Notes under the pieces: generated by a model
The model's input: the letters and a program-made list of their open reading frames with translations, nothing else
The model's database searches: none
Told to the model about the DNA's origin: nothing
Source: an uncultured Gammaproteobacteria bacterium
GTDB lineage: Bacteria > Pseudomonadota > Gammaproteobacteria > Pseudomonadales > JAHEGP01
Length of the DNA: 64,000 bases
Assembly (NCBI GenBank): GCA_963792875.1
Contig: CAWBXV010000001.1
Span: 116,661-180,660 of the forward strand
Direction of reading: 5' to 3'
Position numbers and translations under genes: made by a program
Shown: in pieces, positions 62,171 through 64,000 of the stretch
Numbering within the stretch: the stretch's first letter is position 1
Layout: each line of letters starts with the position of its first letter

Positions 62171-63808
62171 CAGGATACTGTCACTCTATTCCGCAGTTTT
62201 TCTTGCTTGACTGATGGGCGGGCCTGCGGGTAGTGGAGAGGGCTGGACTGCCATCACGACTCCTCCGCCTCGCTCTGCAAGGCATTATCAACATGGCAAT
62301 GGCAGACCAGCATGGTAAGATTCGCGCGATTTTCGCCCAATGGCAATATCCCCCGTGCTGATTGACTCCCTTCCCTGCGCGAAGCAGTATGTTCTCCATC
62401 TCAATGACACACTGAAGTCCAGCAAGGCCTCTGCCGGGCTCACCGCTTGTCAGTGCACCTGGCTGATCACAGTGCTGGTCGGCATTCTGGTCACCGGTAC
62501 GCTCAATTGGGCGGCTTATGAGCGCCGCAGCTTGAAAGTGTATCGGCAAAGCCGCCTGCGCTGGATGTTTTACCACGCCAAGATTGCCTGGCCGCTGCTC
62601 CTGCAGTCCAGTATTGGCTACCTGCTGATGTATTACGCGATTCATCAGGGTGTCCTGATCATCGATGACACCGACAAGCGCCGCTCGAAGCGAACGATGA
62701 GAATCGCCGGCGCCCACAAAGTCAAAGACAAGAAGACCGGCGGCTATTTCAATGGGCAGGAACTGATCTTCGTAGTGCTGGTAACCGACGTGGTCACGAT
62801 TCCCGTCGCCTTTCGATGGTATACCCCCGATCCGGCGTTGTCGGCCTGGCGCCAGGAAAACCGCCGCCTGAAGGCGCTGGGTATGCCGGCGGAGGCGCGC
62901 CCGAGAAAGCCCAACGCTCATCCGGGCTACCCCACGAAGCAGGCCTTGGCACAAGCAATGCTCCGGGAGTTTACTGCGCGCTTTCCTGGTGTGAGGATCC
63001 AATCCGTCCTCGCTGATGCGCTTTATGGTACCGGCGAGTTCATGGACCTTGCGGCCTCGGTGACGGGAAACGCACAGATTGTCAGCCAGCTGCGCGGTAA
63101 TCAGCTGGTATTCAGTCGTGGCCGGAAGGTCGACCTGGCGACCTATTTCTCCCGTCAGGCAGGTGCCGCGACCCTGCTGCCCATCAGGGGTGGCGAGAAG
63201 AAGCAGGTCACGATGCTGGCGGCGCGCCTGCCGGTCAAGGCGCACGGGAAGCGACGCTTTGTGATCGCCTTGAAATACGAAGGGGAGACGGCCTACCGGT
63301 ATCTGGTGGCTTCGGACCTGTCCTGGCGCCATCAGGACATCGCCGAGTTGTATACCTTGAGGTGGCTCGTGGAGGTTTTCATTCAGGACTGGAAGTGCCA
63401 TGCAGGCTGGAACAAGCTGACCCAACACCAGGGCATCGAGGGGTCGACGCGGGGCGTGATCCTGAGCCTGCTGTGCGATCATCTGTTGCTGCTGCATCCG
63501 ACGCAATCGGCCCGACTGAAGAACAAGCAACCCGGCCTGTCGGTGGGTTGTCTCATCGAGTCCATCAAGGCAGAAGCTCTCGTGGGCACCATGGAAGCCA
63601 TCGTTCAAGCCGAACATCCCGGCGCAGCCCTCAAGGTATTCACAAGCGCGATACGGGCTACCCTGGAGGAACGATTATCGCGCAAACACCTGGCCGGCGT
63701 TGACTTGGGAAGAATGGAAGCGTCGCCTTCGCTCCGCTATCGCCAATAGCCGAGCGGGGGCGCCCACGTCAACGGTAAAAAACTGCGGAATCGAGTTTTA
63801 GGATCATG
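62171..63808 (+). mobile_element. IS4-superfamily insertion sequence (1638 bp) with 31-bp imperfect terminal inverted repeats
   Basis: IRL CAGGATACTGTCACTCTATTCCGCAGTTTTT (62171-62201) versus the reverse complement of 63778-63808, CATGATCCTAAAACTCGATTCCGCAGTTTTT (25/31 identical; inner 19 bp 18/19). 5'-CA...TG-3' ends. Single transposase ORF. Lower GC than the surroundings. No flanking direct repeat. Confidence 0.8.
62340..63749 (+). CDS. IS4/IS701-like DDE transposase
   Basis: 469 aa. DDE candidates in VLIIDDTDK and LADALYG, and an exact Y-x2-R-x3-E-x6-K signature (YTLRWLVEVFIQDWK) typical of IS4-family transposases. Confidence 0.85.
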   Translation: MAISPVLIDSLPCAKQYVLHLNDTLKSSKASAGLTACQCTWLITVLVGILVTGTLNWAAYERRSLKVYRQSRLRWMFYHAKIAWPLLLQSSIGYLLMYYAIHQGVLIIDDTDKRRSKRTMRIAGAHKVKDKKTGGYFNGQELIFVVLVTDVVTIPVAFRWYTPDPALSAWRQENRRLKALGMPAEARPRKPNAHPGYPTKQALAQAMLREFTARFPGVRIQSVLADALYGTGEFMDLAASVTGNAQIVSQLRGNQLVFSRGRKVDLATYFSRQAGAATLLPIRGGEKKQVTMLAARLPVKAHGKRRFVIALKYEGETAYRYLVASDLSWRHQDIAELYTLRWLVEVFIQDWKCHAGWNKLTQHQGIEGSTRGVILSLLCDHLLLLHPTQSARLKNKQPGLSVGCLIESIKAEALVGTMEAIVQAEHPGAALKVFTSAIRATLEERLSRKHLAGVDLGRMEASPSLRYRQ

Positions 63809-63919
63809 GGGGGCCTCGGCTTCGCCACGGTGCTGACGCTGATCGTGGTGCCCGTGCTGTACATAACCTTTTTCCGCATCCCCTACCGGCGCCCCTCGGC
63901 GGGCGGGAGGACGGCCTGA
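63809..63919 (+). pseudogene. 3'-terminal fragment (about 37 codons) of an RND efflux transporter permease gene, truncated by the IS
   Basis: Reading straight out of the IS end: GGLGFATVLTLIVVPVLYITFFRIPYRRPSAGGRTA*. This is the characteristic last TM helix of AcrB/RND-type permeases. No upstream part of the gene is present. Confidence 0.55.
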
Positions 63920-64000
63920 TCATTCACCGCGGCCAAGCGGCGATAAGGGGCAGAGGGCATCCCGCCGGCATGCGTGGGCCCGGCGGCCAGTCCGCGCCCA

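Noticed and set aside
62172-63804. AGGAT at 62172-62176 and 63800-63804 as a 5-bp target-site duplication of the IS
   Set aside because: Under that model the inverted repeats would start 6 nt and 3-4 nt inside the ends, asymmetrically. The pentamers fit better as part of a 31-bp imperfect IR with CA...TG termini, so they are probably IR sequence, not a TSD.

Overview
High-GC (about 65%) gammaproteobacterial chromosome segment, mostly core housekeeping genes with Pseudomonas-like synteny on the minus strand: leuC-leuD-leuB-asd-fimV-truA-trpF-trpB-trpA-accD-folC-dedD-cvpA-purF-metZ. Also present are cysS-glnS / ppiB-lpxH, miaE, acnB, moaC-moaD-moaE, kefF-kefC, bcp, rmuC and several acyl-CoA / beta-oxidation genes. 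Less ordinary content: (1) a tightly coupled MoxR AAA+ / DUF58 / membrane transglutaminase (TgpA-like) operon with a trailing TerB-like gene; (2) an orphan HlyB/HlyD-type type I secretion pair with a degenerate C39-like domain and no substrate in view; (3) two paralogous ~60-aa arginine-rich (DRR-motif, WW) proteins at separate loci; (4) a FimV N-domain-only paralogue convergent with an S8 lipoprotein protease; (5) a 2H-phosphoesterase-like ORF carrying a perfect 15-bp tandem repeat; (6) an apparent frameshift in folC; (7) one IS4-type insertion sequence near the right end, lacking a target duplication and flanked by a decayed cytochrome P450 and the last ~37 codons of an RND efflux pump. I saw no rRNA, tRNA, CRISPR array, prophage or recognisable defence island. 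Many long ORFs in the six-frame track are GC-driven shadow ORFs antisense to real genes. All family calls come from reading the translations (motifs and recalled homologues). No database search was run.
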